Source: Candidatus Zymogenaceae bacterium
GTDB taxonomy: Bacteria > Desulfobacterota > Zymogenia > Zymogenales > Zymogenaceae
Direction: 5' to 3'
Assembly: GCA_016931225.1 (NCBI GenBank)
Contig: JAFGFE010000031.1
Coordinates: forward strand, 72,746-136,745
Length of the DNA: 64,000 bases
The notes under the pieces were generated by a model, which made no database searches, was not told the origin of the DNA, and saw nothing but the letters and a program-made list of their open reading frames with translations. This document shows positions 46,196-54,570 of this stretch, piece by piece; positions within the stretch are counted from its first letter, which is position 1; each line of letters starts with the position of its first letter. Both the position numbers and the translations under genes were made by a program.

Positions 46196-46911
46196 TGAAC
46201 GCCACACCGGCCATCGACATCAAAGACGTTTTCTACACCTACCCCGACGGATCGGAGGCCCTCAGGGGCGTAAGCCTCCGGATCGACCCCGGTGAATCCG
46301 TGGCGGTCATGGGCGCCAACGGTGCGGGGAAATCCACGCTGATACTGACGCTTCCCGGTCTCGTCGAGGCAAGCGGAACCATTACCGTATCCGGTATACG
46401 ACTCTCCAGAAAAACGGCCCGCGACATACGGAAAAAAATCGGTATTGTCTTTCAGAATCCCGAGGACCAGCTTTTCTGTCCCACGGTGTTTGACGACGTG
46501 GCCTTCGGCCCGAAGAATATGGGGCTTGACGATGACGCTGTGAATCTTCTGGTCACATCCGCCCTGTCATCCATGATGCTGGACGGATTCGACCATCGAA
46601 GCGCCCATCACCTCAGCTTCGGCGAAAAAAAGCGCGCGGCCATCGCGACGATACTCTCCATGGAGCCGGACATCATCGTTTTCGACGAGCCGACCGCGAA
46701 TCTCGATCCCGAAGGCGTCTTTGAACTGAAGCGCATCATCAGATCTATCGAAAAGACCAAGCTGATCGTCACCCATGACATCACTCTTGCGGCAGCGCTG
46801 ACGGAGAGATCTGTGGTCATGTCCGACGGTATGGTGGCATGCGACATGCCCACCGAACACTTATTGGCCGACACATCGCTTCTAAAAAAGCTTCGGCTGG
46901 TGTTTGACTGA
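46195..46911 (+). CDS. cbiO: ECF transporter ATPase, CbiO/NikO family
   Basis: GANGAGKST, LSFGEKKR and IVFDEPTANLD. The start is taken at the TAATG overlap with the cbiQ stop. Confidence 0.8.
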   Translation: MNATPAIDIKDVFYTYPDGSEALRGVSLRIDPGESVAVMGANGAGKSTLILTLPGLVEASGTITVSGIRLSRKTARDIRKKIGIVFQNPEDQLFCPTVFDDVAFGPKNMGLDDDAVNLLVTSALSSMMLDGFDHRSAHHLSFGEKKRAAIATILSMEPDIIVFDEPTANLDPEGVFELKRIIRSIEKTKLIVTHDITLAAALTERSVVMSDGMVACDMPTEHLLADTSLLKKLRLVFD

Positions 46912-46982
46912 TCCATTTGATACAATCAGGTACACATACGCTGTATTAATGGAGGATCTTTTTATCCTTCCGGGAGGTTGTC

Positions 46983-47759
46983 ATGCCTAAAACAAAAATC
47001 ATATATCATGATCGATTCCTCACCGATTACCCCACCGCCTCGGTGGAACGACCCGAGCGTGTCAAGAACATCCACGCGGTCCTTTCGGAAAACGGTTATC
47101 GATTCACAAAGCCTGCGCCCGCCACCGAAAACGACATCGCCCGGGTTCATGTTCCCTCCCTCATCGATGCGGAGCGGCGTGATCCGGGGCGGTTTGAAAC
47201 GGCGCTCCTCTCAGCCGGGGGGGCGATCATGACCGCCGAGACCGCCATGACCGGAACCCCCGCCTTCGGCCTCATCCGACCGCCGGGACACCACGCGAGC
47301 CCCGGAAGCAACTGGGGATTTTGTTTCTTCAATAACATGGCCGTGGCGCTGACGAAGCTCATCGATGAGGGAAAAATCAATCGCGCCGTGGTCCTCGATA
47401 TCGATCTCCATTTCGGCGACGGCACGGATAATTTCTTCTCCGGCAGAAAATACCACGGAGGGGAAGTAACGGTGATCAACATCCAGTCGTCCAACCGCAT
47501 GGAGTTCCTCGCCCTGTGTCACCAGGAGCTGAAGGAGGCGGCCCCCTATGACATCATCGGCGTATCCGCCGGTTTCGATACCTATATAAAAGACTGGGGC
47601 GGCACCCTGATGACCGAGGACTACAAAACCATCGGTGAGACGGTGAAGGAGGCGGCGGAAAAATACGCCTCTGGACGGCGATTCGCCCTCCTCGAGGGGG
47701 GGTATTACCTGAAGGACCTGGGCATCAACGCCAAAAGCCTCATCGAGGGAATGGAATAA
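46983..47759 (+). CDS. Compact histone-deacetylase-family amidohydrolase
   Basis: RPPGHHA, DIDLHFGDG, SAGFD and EGGY are all present in only 258 aa. GGGAGG SD present. Confidence 0.75.
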   Translation: MPKTKIIYHDRFLTDYPTASVERPERVKNIHAVLSENGYRFTKPAPATENDIARVHVPSLIDAERRDPGRFETALLSAGGAIMTAETAMTGTPAFGLIRPPGHHASPGSNWGFCFFNNMAVALTKLIDEGKINRAVVLDIDLHFGDGTDNFFSGRKYHGGEVTVINIQSSNRMEFLALCHQELKEAAPYDIIGVSAGFDTYIKDWGGTLMTEDYKTIGETVKEAAEKYASGRRFALLEGGYYLKDLGINAKSLIEGME

Positions 47760-47775
47760 CCGAAGCGACACACGC

Positions 47776-48975
47776 ATGACTTCCAGAAAAGACTCAAAAA
47801 GTCCGTACTCGTACCTGCATCTTCTGATGGATGTGGTGCGTGCCGGAAGCTGTGAGGAGGGGGTTCGGTCTCACGACCTGAAGCTTCAGGGCTTGCGGGA
47901 TCGCCCGGATCCCAAACCGGGAACCTGGGGCCGCAATGACGACGGAAGCCCCATGACACGGGAGCAGTACGAGGATCGTCTGACCTCATTCAGCACTGAA
48001 TTTCCCGAAAATATCTTTCCCGACCCACGCACCCCTTTCGTCCTTGAGACCGAGGACGGCCGGGAGACGACCTTCGACGATCTCATCGAATCAAAAAAGA
48101 CCGGCTTGGTGACATTTCCCAGCAGGATCACATCCCCCTCCCCCGTCAACAACCGGGTTAGGGCATGGCTCTACCCCGGGGGGAGAGAAAAAGGGGTTAT
48201 CATCCTCTCAAATCTCAGGGCCGAAGAGCGGGCCTTCAATCGTTTGGGAACGCTGCTTGCGAAATTCGGCTATACAAGCCTTGAGATGGTGCATCCATAT
48301 CACGGCGGTCGCTACGATCCACAGGACACGGAGAGCGTACCCGGGGAGCGGGTCTTTTCCGCCAATATGTACGAGACACTCGTCTCTTTCTCCCAGGGCA
48401 TCGCCGATGTGTTGGGCGGCCTTCTCTTTTTCCTCTCCCGTGGCATCACCAGGATCGGGGGGGTCGGCACCAGCATCGGGGCGACGTTTCTCGTCATGGC
48501 CCTGGCTCACACCTCCCGGTATTATCGGTTTCTGAAAAAGCATACTCCCGATCTGATTGACGGCGCCCCGGACGACATCCTCAGCGCCGCGGTGCTCAAT
48601 CTTTCGGGAGGATACCTGAGGGATTTCGTGACCGATCCGAAAAACATCGAGGCTGGTTTCGCGAGGAAGGGACTGGTGGAAGACCTGGGGCTCACCGGGG
48701 AGGAAATCGAGGCGCTGTGGCCGGCGGTCAACCCGATGAAATATGTCAACCGCATTACGATCCCTATCCTTTCGGTAAAGGCCAAACAGGACCCGGTGGT
48801 GCGCTATGAATTCGCCCGACGTCAAAGGGAGTTCTTCGCTGAAAATCGGCTCAAAGGCGGAAACTTCCGGGAGTTCTACTTCCCCTTCCCCTCGGGGCAC
48901 TACAGCGCAACCTACTTTCTGCCCAAGATGACCATCGGGTTGTGCGATCTGTTGTTCATCAGGAAACACGTCTGA
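47776..48975 (+). CDS. Alpha/beta-hydrolase-fold protein, function unknown
   Basis: Candidate Ser elbow GVGTSIGA, Asp in KAKQDPVV and His in PSGHYS. The N-terminus and start are uncertain. Confidence 0.5.
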   Translation: MTSRKDSKSPYSYLHLLMDVVRAGSCEEGVRSHDLKLQGLRDRPDPKPGTWGRNDDGSPMTREQYEDRLTSFSTEFPENIFPDPRTPFVLETEDGRETTFDDLIESKKTGLVTFPSRITSPSPVNNRVRAWLYPGGREKGVIILSNLRAEERAFNRLGTLLAKFGYTSLEMVHPYHGGRYDPQDTESVPGERVFSANMYETLVSFSQGIADVLGGLLFFLSRGITRIGGVGTSIGATFLVMALAHTSRYYRFLKKHTPDLIDGAPDDILSAAVLNLSGGYLRDFVTDPKNIEAGFARKGLVEDLGLTGEEIEALWPAVNPMKYVNRITIPILSVKAKQDPVVRYEFARRQREFFAENRLKGGNFREFYFPFPSGHYSATYFLPKMTIGLCDLLFIRKHV

Positions 48976-48989
48976 ACGGGGAACCCGTC

Positions 48990-50150
48990 CTACCGTGCCG
49001 TCAGAGTGAAGATCACAACCTCCGATTCACTCCCCACCCTGATGGGCGGCCCCCAGGTGCCGGCGCCGCTGGAGACATAGAGGTGCATCCCATCCACTTC
49101 CGCCCGTCCATATGCCACCCGGAACATGCGATTCGTGATCATATTCACGGGGAAGAACTGTCCGTTGTGGGTGTGTCCCGAAAGCATCAGGTCGACGGCC
49201 CCCGATGCTGCGATTTCTTCGATGCGCACCGGCGAGTGATACAGGAGTACGGTCGGGAGCGTTTCGTCTCTCTCCTCCATCATCCGCCGAAACGCGTCCC
49301 GGGAACCAAGCCCCGCCCTGTTTCCCGAGGGATCCACCAGGCCCGCCACGTTTAAAAGTCCCTCTATCGTCTTCACCTCATCGATGAGGAGACGTATTCC
49401 CGCACGATTCATGAAATCCCTCCCGGCGGAAAGACCCGTATAGAATTCATGATTGCCCGCGGTCGCATACACGCCGTACGGCGCGTTTAGGAGAGACAGG
49501 GTATCGAGCATATCCTCGATGAGTACCGGAGGCTCCTCCAAGAGATCACCCCCGATAAGTATCAGGTCCGGATCGGCCCCGTTGACCTTTTCCACGATAT
49601 CCGCAAGATGGCGCTCCCCCACCTCGTATCCGATGTGAACATCGGAGATGTACGCCACCGTCAGTGGATTTTTCACCTCCCCCAGCGACACGATGGCGAG
49701 GGGAATCGAGCGCACCCGCACGTTCTTTGCGTTGATATACCCCCAGACGAACGTGACGGTCAATGACGCGAAAACGAAGGCGGCGGCGATCCGACCGATA
49801 ACGATGCGGTTATTCTCGATAAAGGCGGGTATAAACGGAACAATGAAATTGGCGAATCTGAAGAGATCCACCACCAGCCCCAACAAAAAGAGATAGAACA
49901 CCACCGCCAGCCAGAACGATCCGATCCACGAGGTAATCATAGCGGGCTCACCCGGTGCGACGACCCTCAGAATGCGGCTTGCCGGAAAAACCAGCGCCAG
50001 CAGCACAAAAACGACCAGGTACACACGAAACCAGAGGCCTGTGAGGCTCAATGCAAGGTTTCCCTTCAAAAACACGTAGAGATTCAGCGGGATATATATT
50101 GCCAGCGTCGCAATCATCCAGAAGATGATGATATCCTTCATCGAGTTCAT
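48990..50150 (-). CDS. Membrane-anchored metallophosphoesterase (YkuE-like)
   Basis: Several N-terminal TM helices are followed by ISDVHIGY, GGDL, GNHEF and GHTHNGQ. Confidence 0.8.
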   Translation of the reverse strand: MNSMKDIIIFWMIATLAIYIPLNLYVFLKGNLALSLTGLWFRVYLVVFVLLALVFPASRILRVVAPGEPAMITSWIGSFWLAVVFYLFLLGLVVDLFRFANFIVPFIPAFIENNRIVIGRIAAAFVFASLTVTFVWGYINAKNVRVRSIPLAIVSLGEVKNPLTVAYISDVHIGYEVGERHLADIVEKVNGADPDLILIGGDLLEEPPVLIEDMLDTLSLLNAPYGVYATAGNHEFYTGLSAGRDFMNRAGIRLLIDEVKTIEGLLNVAGLVDPSGNRAGLGSRDAFRRMMEERDETLPTVLLYHSPVRIEEIAASGAVDLMLSGHTHNGQFFPVNMITNRMFRVAYGRAEVDGMHLYVSSGAGTWGPPIRVGSESEVVIFTLTAR

Positions 50151-50417
50151 GTCGGCTCCGGTTTCGATGCGTTTTCAACACTAAATTCTTATTATACTAT
50201 GATCCGTCACATTTATCGGAGAAAAACTGAAAAAGGTGATGGACATCGTGAGGATACCGGCTCCGCCGATCATGATCCATTTTGGAGTACAAAAGACGTG
50301 TGCGGTCCTCTCACCTTTCATATATCTCCGACGTATCGGGGTGATGGATATTTCATTTTCACACAAACATAATTCGGTCGAAACAGTTTTCCACCCAGGC
50401 ACCCAAAACGAAATACC

Positions 50418-50447
50418 TTGACAATCGAGTAATATTTCATCTATGAT
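50418..50447 (+). promoter_or_regulatory. Promoter of the tup operon leader
   Basis: TTGACA (50418-50423), an 18-nt spacer and TATGAT (50442-50447). The predicted TSS is a few nt before the riboswitch P1. Confidence 0.6.
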
Positions 50448-50460
50448 ATTTCCACATATT

Positions 50461-50636
50461 GTTCTCCGATCCTCTCGACCTACGGGAGGGGGCCATGCCT
50501 TTTTCGGGTATGTCCACCTGTTATGGTCGTGAGGACGATACGGTCCGACGGGAAACGGTCGGACCCCCCGTGCTTGGAAAGGAGAACGGCAGGTCGTCGG
50601 TGGTATTCCTCCACACGACCTATTCCGTAACGTATC
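50461..50636 (+). promoter_or_regulatory. Moco/Tuco (moaA-motif) riboswitch candidate
   Basis: P1 is GUUCUCC (50461-50467) paired with GGAGAAC (50581-50587). The internal perfect hairpin GGUCCGAC/GUCGGACC (50542-50565) is followed by CCCCGUGCUUGGAAAGG. This mirrors the hairpin plus CCCGUAUCUGGAAAGG core of the E. coli moaA leader as I recall it. A further hairpin lies at 50591-50621. Confidence 0.7.
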
Positions 50637-50662
50637 CGCACCAAGACATGGTGCGTTTTTTT
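50637..50662 (+). terminator. Leader terminator (expression platform of the riboswitch candidate)
   Basis: CGCACC-AAGACAT-GGUGCG followed by seven U, about 70 nt upstream of the tupA ATG. Confidence 0.6.
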
Positions 50663-50731
50663 GGCGGAAAATCGTTCGTTTCTTTCCTGCACTCAAAAAC
50701 GCTGGTTACCATTATTTATTCAGGAGGTATC

Positions 50732-51556
50732 ATGAAACGTGCGAAGCTTTTCTCGACCCTGATGCTTGCCGGCCTTCTCGTGGTGGGGCTTTTTGCAGCC
50801 CCCGCCCTGAGCGCCGACAGCATCAAGCTGGCCACAACCACCAGCACCTATAACTCTGGGCTGTTGGATTACCTGCTCCCGGAATTCACCGCCGACACCG
50901 GCGTCGAGGTGGAAATCATCTCCGTGGGCACCGGTAAGGCCCTGGAATTGGGCAGGAACGGCGACGTCGACGTGGTGCTGGTTCACGCCCGTCCGTCCGA
51001 GGATGAATACATGGCCGGCGGATACGGCACCGTCAGAAAAGACGTGATGTACAACGACTTCATCATCATCGGCCCCGCCGACGACCCGGCCGGCATTTCC
51101 GGACTGAGCGTTGTGGAAGCCATGAAGAAGATCGCCGAGACGGAATCCCTCTTCGTATCCCGGGGCGACGACTCCGGCACGCACAAGAAGGAGCTTATCC
51201 TCTGGAACGAGGCGGGAGTAACGCCCGATGGGAAATGGTACATGGAAGCGGGACAGGGCATGGGCGCCGTCCTTGTGATGGCCTTTGAACAGGGAGGCTA
51301 TACCATGACCGATCGCGGCACCTATATCGCCTATGTAGCCGACGGCAAGACCGACCAGCCGATCCTGGTTGAGGGAGACCCGATCCTCTTCAACCCCTAC
51401 GGCATTATGGACGTGAATCCGGAACTGCATCCTACCGTCAATCATGACGGGGCCATGGCTCTCATCGACTGGATGACCTCCGAAAAGGGACAGACCCTCA
51501 TCGGCGATTTCAGGCTCCAGGATAAGGTGCTGTTCTACCCGAGTGCGGGAGAATAA
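50732..51556 (+). CDS. tupA: Tungstate ABC transporter substrate-binding protein, TupA-like (copy 1)
   Basis: Signal peptide, ATTTSTYNSGLLDYL, GTGKALE...VLVHA, FVSRGDDSGTH and LFNPYG. ATG 50732 lies 4 nt after AGGAGG. The upstream part of the track ORF is the riboswitch leader. Confidence 0.8.
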   Translation: MKRAKLFSTLMLAGLLVVGLFAAPALSADSIKLATTTSTYNSGLLDYLLPEFTADTGVEVEIISVGTGKALELGRNGDVDVVLVHARPSEDEYMAGGYGTVRKDVMYNDFIIIGPADDPAGISGLSVVEAMKKIAETESLFVSRGDDSGTHKKELILWNEAGVTPDGKWYMEAGQGMGAVLVMAFEQGGYTMTDRGTYIAYVADGKTDQPILVEGDPILFNPYGIMDVNPELHPTVNHDGAMALIDWMTSEKGQTLIGDFRLQDKVLFYPSAGE

Positions 51557-51615
51557 TCCCCGCTCAGTACGGATAGCGGCTTACTTATGTAATATATTCC
51601 ACACGAGGAATCAAC

Positions 51616-52428
51616 ATGAAAAAATTTCTTAGAGTCAGTGTTTTACTGCTCTTCGCGCTGACGCTCCTTTTTGGGGTGGCATCGGCCGATGAGATTACGG
51701 TTGCGACAACCACCAGCACGGTCGATACCGGCCTGCTCGACTACCTCATCCCGATCTTCAAGGAAGATACGGGCATCGACCTGAAATATATCTATGCGGG
51801 CACCGGCAAGGCCCTGGAATACGCAAGAAACGGTGACGCCGACGCGGTGCTGGTTCATGCCAAATCCCTGGAGATGCAGTTCATCGACGAGGGATACGGC
51901 CTGGACAGAAAAGAGGTGATGTACAATAACTTCTACATCATCGGTCCCGCGGATGATCCGGCCGGTATAAAGGGTCTTGAGAGCGCCTCCGAGGCGTTCA
52001 CAAAGATCGCCGAGACGGAATCTTTGTTCGTCTCCCGGGGTGATAATTCCGGAACTCATGTGAAGGAGCTGTTGATCTGGGACGAGGCAGGCATTGCCCC
52101 CGAGGGCGACTGGTATATAGAGGCCGCCGCCGGTATCGGGCCGACGCTTCTGATGGCGAATGAGAAGAGGGGCTATGCCCTTGCCGACAATTCCACCTAT
52201 CTCTCCTACACCTTCGATGATAAAATCGATCTTGAGGTCATGGTCGAGGGAGATCCGATCCTGTTCAACCAGTACTCGGTGATCACCGTGAATCCGGAAA
52301 CCATCGACACCGTCAACTACGAGGGTGCGAAGGCGTTCCTGGAGTGGATCACGTCCGAAAAAGGCCAGCAGCTCATCGCCGACTACAAGAAATTTGATAC
52401 GCAGCTCTTTTACCCGAACGCGGAATAG
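51616..52428 (+). CDS. tupA: Tungstate ABC transporter substrate-binding protein, TupA-like (copy 2)
   Basis: Collinear paralog with ATTTSTVDTGLLDYL, FVSRGDNSGTH and LFNQYS. Confidence 0.8.
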   Translation: MKKFLRVSVLLLFALTLLFGVASADEITVATTTSTVDTGLLDYLIPIFKEDTGIDLKYIYAGTGKALEYARNGDADAVLVHAKSLEMQFIDEGYGLDRKEVMYNNFYIIGPADDPAGIKGLESASEAFTKIAETESLFVSRGDNSGTHVKELLIWDEAGIAPEGDWYIEAAAGIGPTLLMANEKRGYALADNSTYLSYTFDDKIDLEVMVEGDPILFNQYSVITVNPETIDTVNYEGAKAFLEWITSEKGQQLIADYKKFDTQLFYPNAE

Positions 52429-52505
52429 TCGTTCTTCTGTAATAAAACACGTAAAGGGAGGGGGGGGCACCCCCTCCTCCCTTTTTAACCGGATGCCCTC
52501 TCTCC

Positions 52506-53213
52506 ATGCACTTTGACACGATACGATACCTGACCGACGGTCTCTGGCAGGCCCTGATTCTGATCTTCTCCTTCGATCGGGAAGTATACCAAATCGTCCT
52601 GACGTCCCTCTACTGCTCCCTGACGGCGACGTTCCTCGGCTCCGCCATTGCCCTCCCCCTCGGCTTTTTCATCGGTGGTTTCGAATTCCGAGGAAAGGCG
52701 TCGCTGGTGACGTTATTCAATACCTTCATGGCGCTTCCCACCACCGTTGTGGGATTGATGGGCTATTCCTTTCTCTCACGTAAAGGTCCCCTCGGGTTTC
52801 TGGGCCTTCTCTTCACCCCCTGGGCAATCATTCTGGGAGAGACGATCCTGTGCATACCGATCATCACATCATTTGCGATTTCCGTCACCCAGGGCATCGA
52901 TACAAAGGTCAGGGATACCGCCCTGACACTGGGCGCATCCCCCATGCAGTCGTATCTTGCTGTTGTCAGGGAGGGACGCATCGGCTACCTTGTGGCCATC
53001 GTGGCCGGCTACGCCCGGGTTGTGGCGGAGGTGGGCGCCGCCATGATGCTGGGCGGCAACATAAAGGGATTCACCCGTACCATCCCCACGGCTATTATGC
53101 TTGAGACAAGCAAGGGCGAGTTCGCCCTGGGAATCGCCCTCGGAATTATTCTGATATTCCTCGCCTTTTCCGTAAACATCGTTTTGCACCGGCTCAGGGC
53201 GCTGGGAGAATAG
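52506..53213 (+). CDS. tupB: Tungstate ABC transporter permease, TupB-like
   Basis: About 235 aa and 5-6 TM segments, with the ABC permease EAA-like loop (DTALTLGASPMQ). Confidence 0.75.
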   Translation: MHFDTIRYLTDGLWQALILIFSFDREVYQIVLTSLYCSLTATFLGSAIALPLGFFIGGFEFRGKASLVTLFNTFMALPTTVVGLMGYSFLSRKGPLGFLGLLFTPWAIILGETILCIPIITSFAISVTQGIDTKVRDTALTLGASPMQSYLAVVREGRIGYLVAIVAGYARVVAEVGAAMMLGGNIKGFTRTIPTAIMLETSKGEFALGIALGIILIFLAFSVNIVLHRLRALGE

Positions 53214-53224
53214 GTGGGCCTTCG

Positions 53225-54232
53225 ATGAACAACGACGCCATCATCGAGATTTCCGAATTGAAGAAGGAATATAACGGCACAGTCGTCCTTGACATTCCGT
53301 CCTATTCGTTCAACGCCGGCGGCATCTACGCCCTTGTCGGTCCCAACGGCTCGGGCAAGACCACCCTGCTTCTCATCCTGTCGTTCCTCCTTGTAAAAAG
53401 CTCCGGCTCCCTCCGGTTTGACGGCATCGACCTGACCGATCACAATCTCTATAACTTGAGAAAGCACATCACTCTGGTGCACCAGGAACCGACGATGTTC
53501 CAGTCCACGGTCACAAAGAACGTCGCCATGGGGCTCGTGTACCGCGGCGCGTCAAAAGACGACATAATTCGTGAGGTCGACAGGGCCCTCGAAACCGTGG
53601 GGCTCCTTCACCTGAAAGATCGAAACGCCCGAACCCTCTCCGGCGGCGAGACGAAGCGCGTGGCCATCGCCCGGGCCCTGTCGATCCGTCCCCGGGTGCT
53701 GCTCCTCGACGAGCCGACGGCCAATGTCGACATCCATAATGTGGCGAAGATCGAACAGATCATTCGAGATATCAATCAACGGTACGATACGACCATCATT
53801 TTCTCCACCCATAACCTCCACCATGCATATCACCTGGCGGATTACGTCCTGACGCTGCTGGAGGGAAAGCCTCACGATTTCGGGTTGAAGAACCTATTTT
53901 CCGGCACCCCGAAAACACAAAACGGCGAGCCGATATTCGACACCGGCCGCATCGCCGTATCTCTCGCAAACCCCGTGAACTCCGCCCGTCATATCACCAT
54001 CGATCCGAAGGACATCATCGTTTCCAATAAGAGAATAGAAAGCAGCGCCAGAAACCAGTTCATCGGCGAGATCGTGGCCATTGAAAAAGAGGGACCCGCC
54101 GTCAGCCTCACCGTGGATGTCGGCGAGCGGTTCAGCATCCACATCACCATGAGATCACTGGAAGAGATGGGCCTGACAATTGGAAAATTGGTATATATCT
54201 CCTTCAAGGCCCAGTCGGTCGTCACATACTGA
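53225..54232 (+). CDS. tupC: Tungstate ABC transporter ATPase (TupC-like) with a C-terminal TOBE/Mop-like domain
   Basis: GPNGSGKTT, LSGGETKR and LLLDEPTANVD. The C-terminal ARNQFIGEIVAIEKEGPAVSLTVDVGERFSIHIT is a TOBE-type fold pattern. Confidence 0.8.
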   Translation: MNNDAIIEISELKKEYNGTVVLDIPSYSFNAGGIYALVGPNGSGKTTLLLILSFLLVKSSGSLRFDGIDLTDHNLYNLRKHITLVHQEPTMFQSTVTKNVAMGLVYRGASKDDIIREVDRALETVGLLHLKDRNARTLSGGETKRVAIARALSIRPRVLLLDEPTANVDIHNVAKIEQIIRDINQRYDTTIIFSTHNLHHAYHLADYVLTLLEGKPHDFGLKNLFSGTPKTQNGEPIFDTGRIAVSLANPVNSARHITIDPKDIIVSNKRIESSARNQFIGEIVAIEKEGPAVSLTVDVGERFSIHITMRSLEEMGLTIGKLVYISFKAQSVVTY

Positions 54233-54570
54233 AAAGGAACTTTTTTTGATATAATCCCGTGGAATCACACCGTTATGTGTGTTATATTGTAATATTATTT
54301 TGCGCCGGCACGCTGCGTATCTGCTCTGATTGACGGGTTTTATATTGACTGCGAGATATAGGAATTCTCCCAAAAGCCGCGGCGAATGATCGATAACCCG
54401 CCGACGTGCACGGTCTCTTTGAGATGCGCCGCTTATACGGGGAATAACCGATATTATATTTTTTCATGTGACCCGGGCTTTTATGCAACCCCCAAACACA
54501 TATAATAAATGTTGCAGAAGAGCCGGCACATAGAGAATGAACACATGTCATTTCAGGCGACGATTCATCG

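Noticed and set aside
50236-50421. 61-aa plus-strand ORF in the gap before the tup promoter
   Set aside because: SD spacing is poor and there are no motifs. It overlaps the -35 region of the tup promoter at its 3' end. It is likely non-coding promoter DNA for the divergent phosphoesterase gene.
50459-50731. N-terminal 91-codon extension of the tupA ORF given in the track (and the antisense ORF 50181-50696)
   Set aside because: The extension has no signal peptide and covers the promoter-proximal structured RNA and a U7 terminator. The true start, ATG 50732, has AGGAGG and yields a normal signal peptide.
54233-54570. Second Moco riboswitch upstream of moeA
   Set aside because: There is no P1-type closing helix and no GGAAAGG core. 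The region is AT-rich and promoter-like, but I could not define convincing hexamers.
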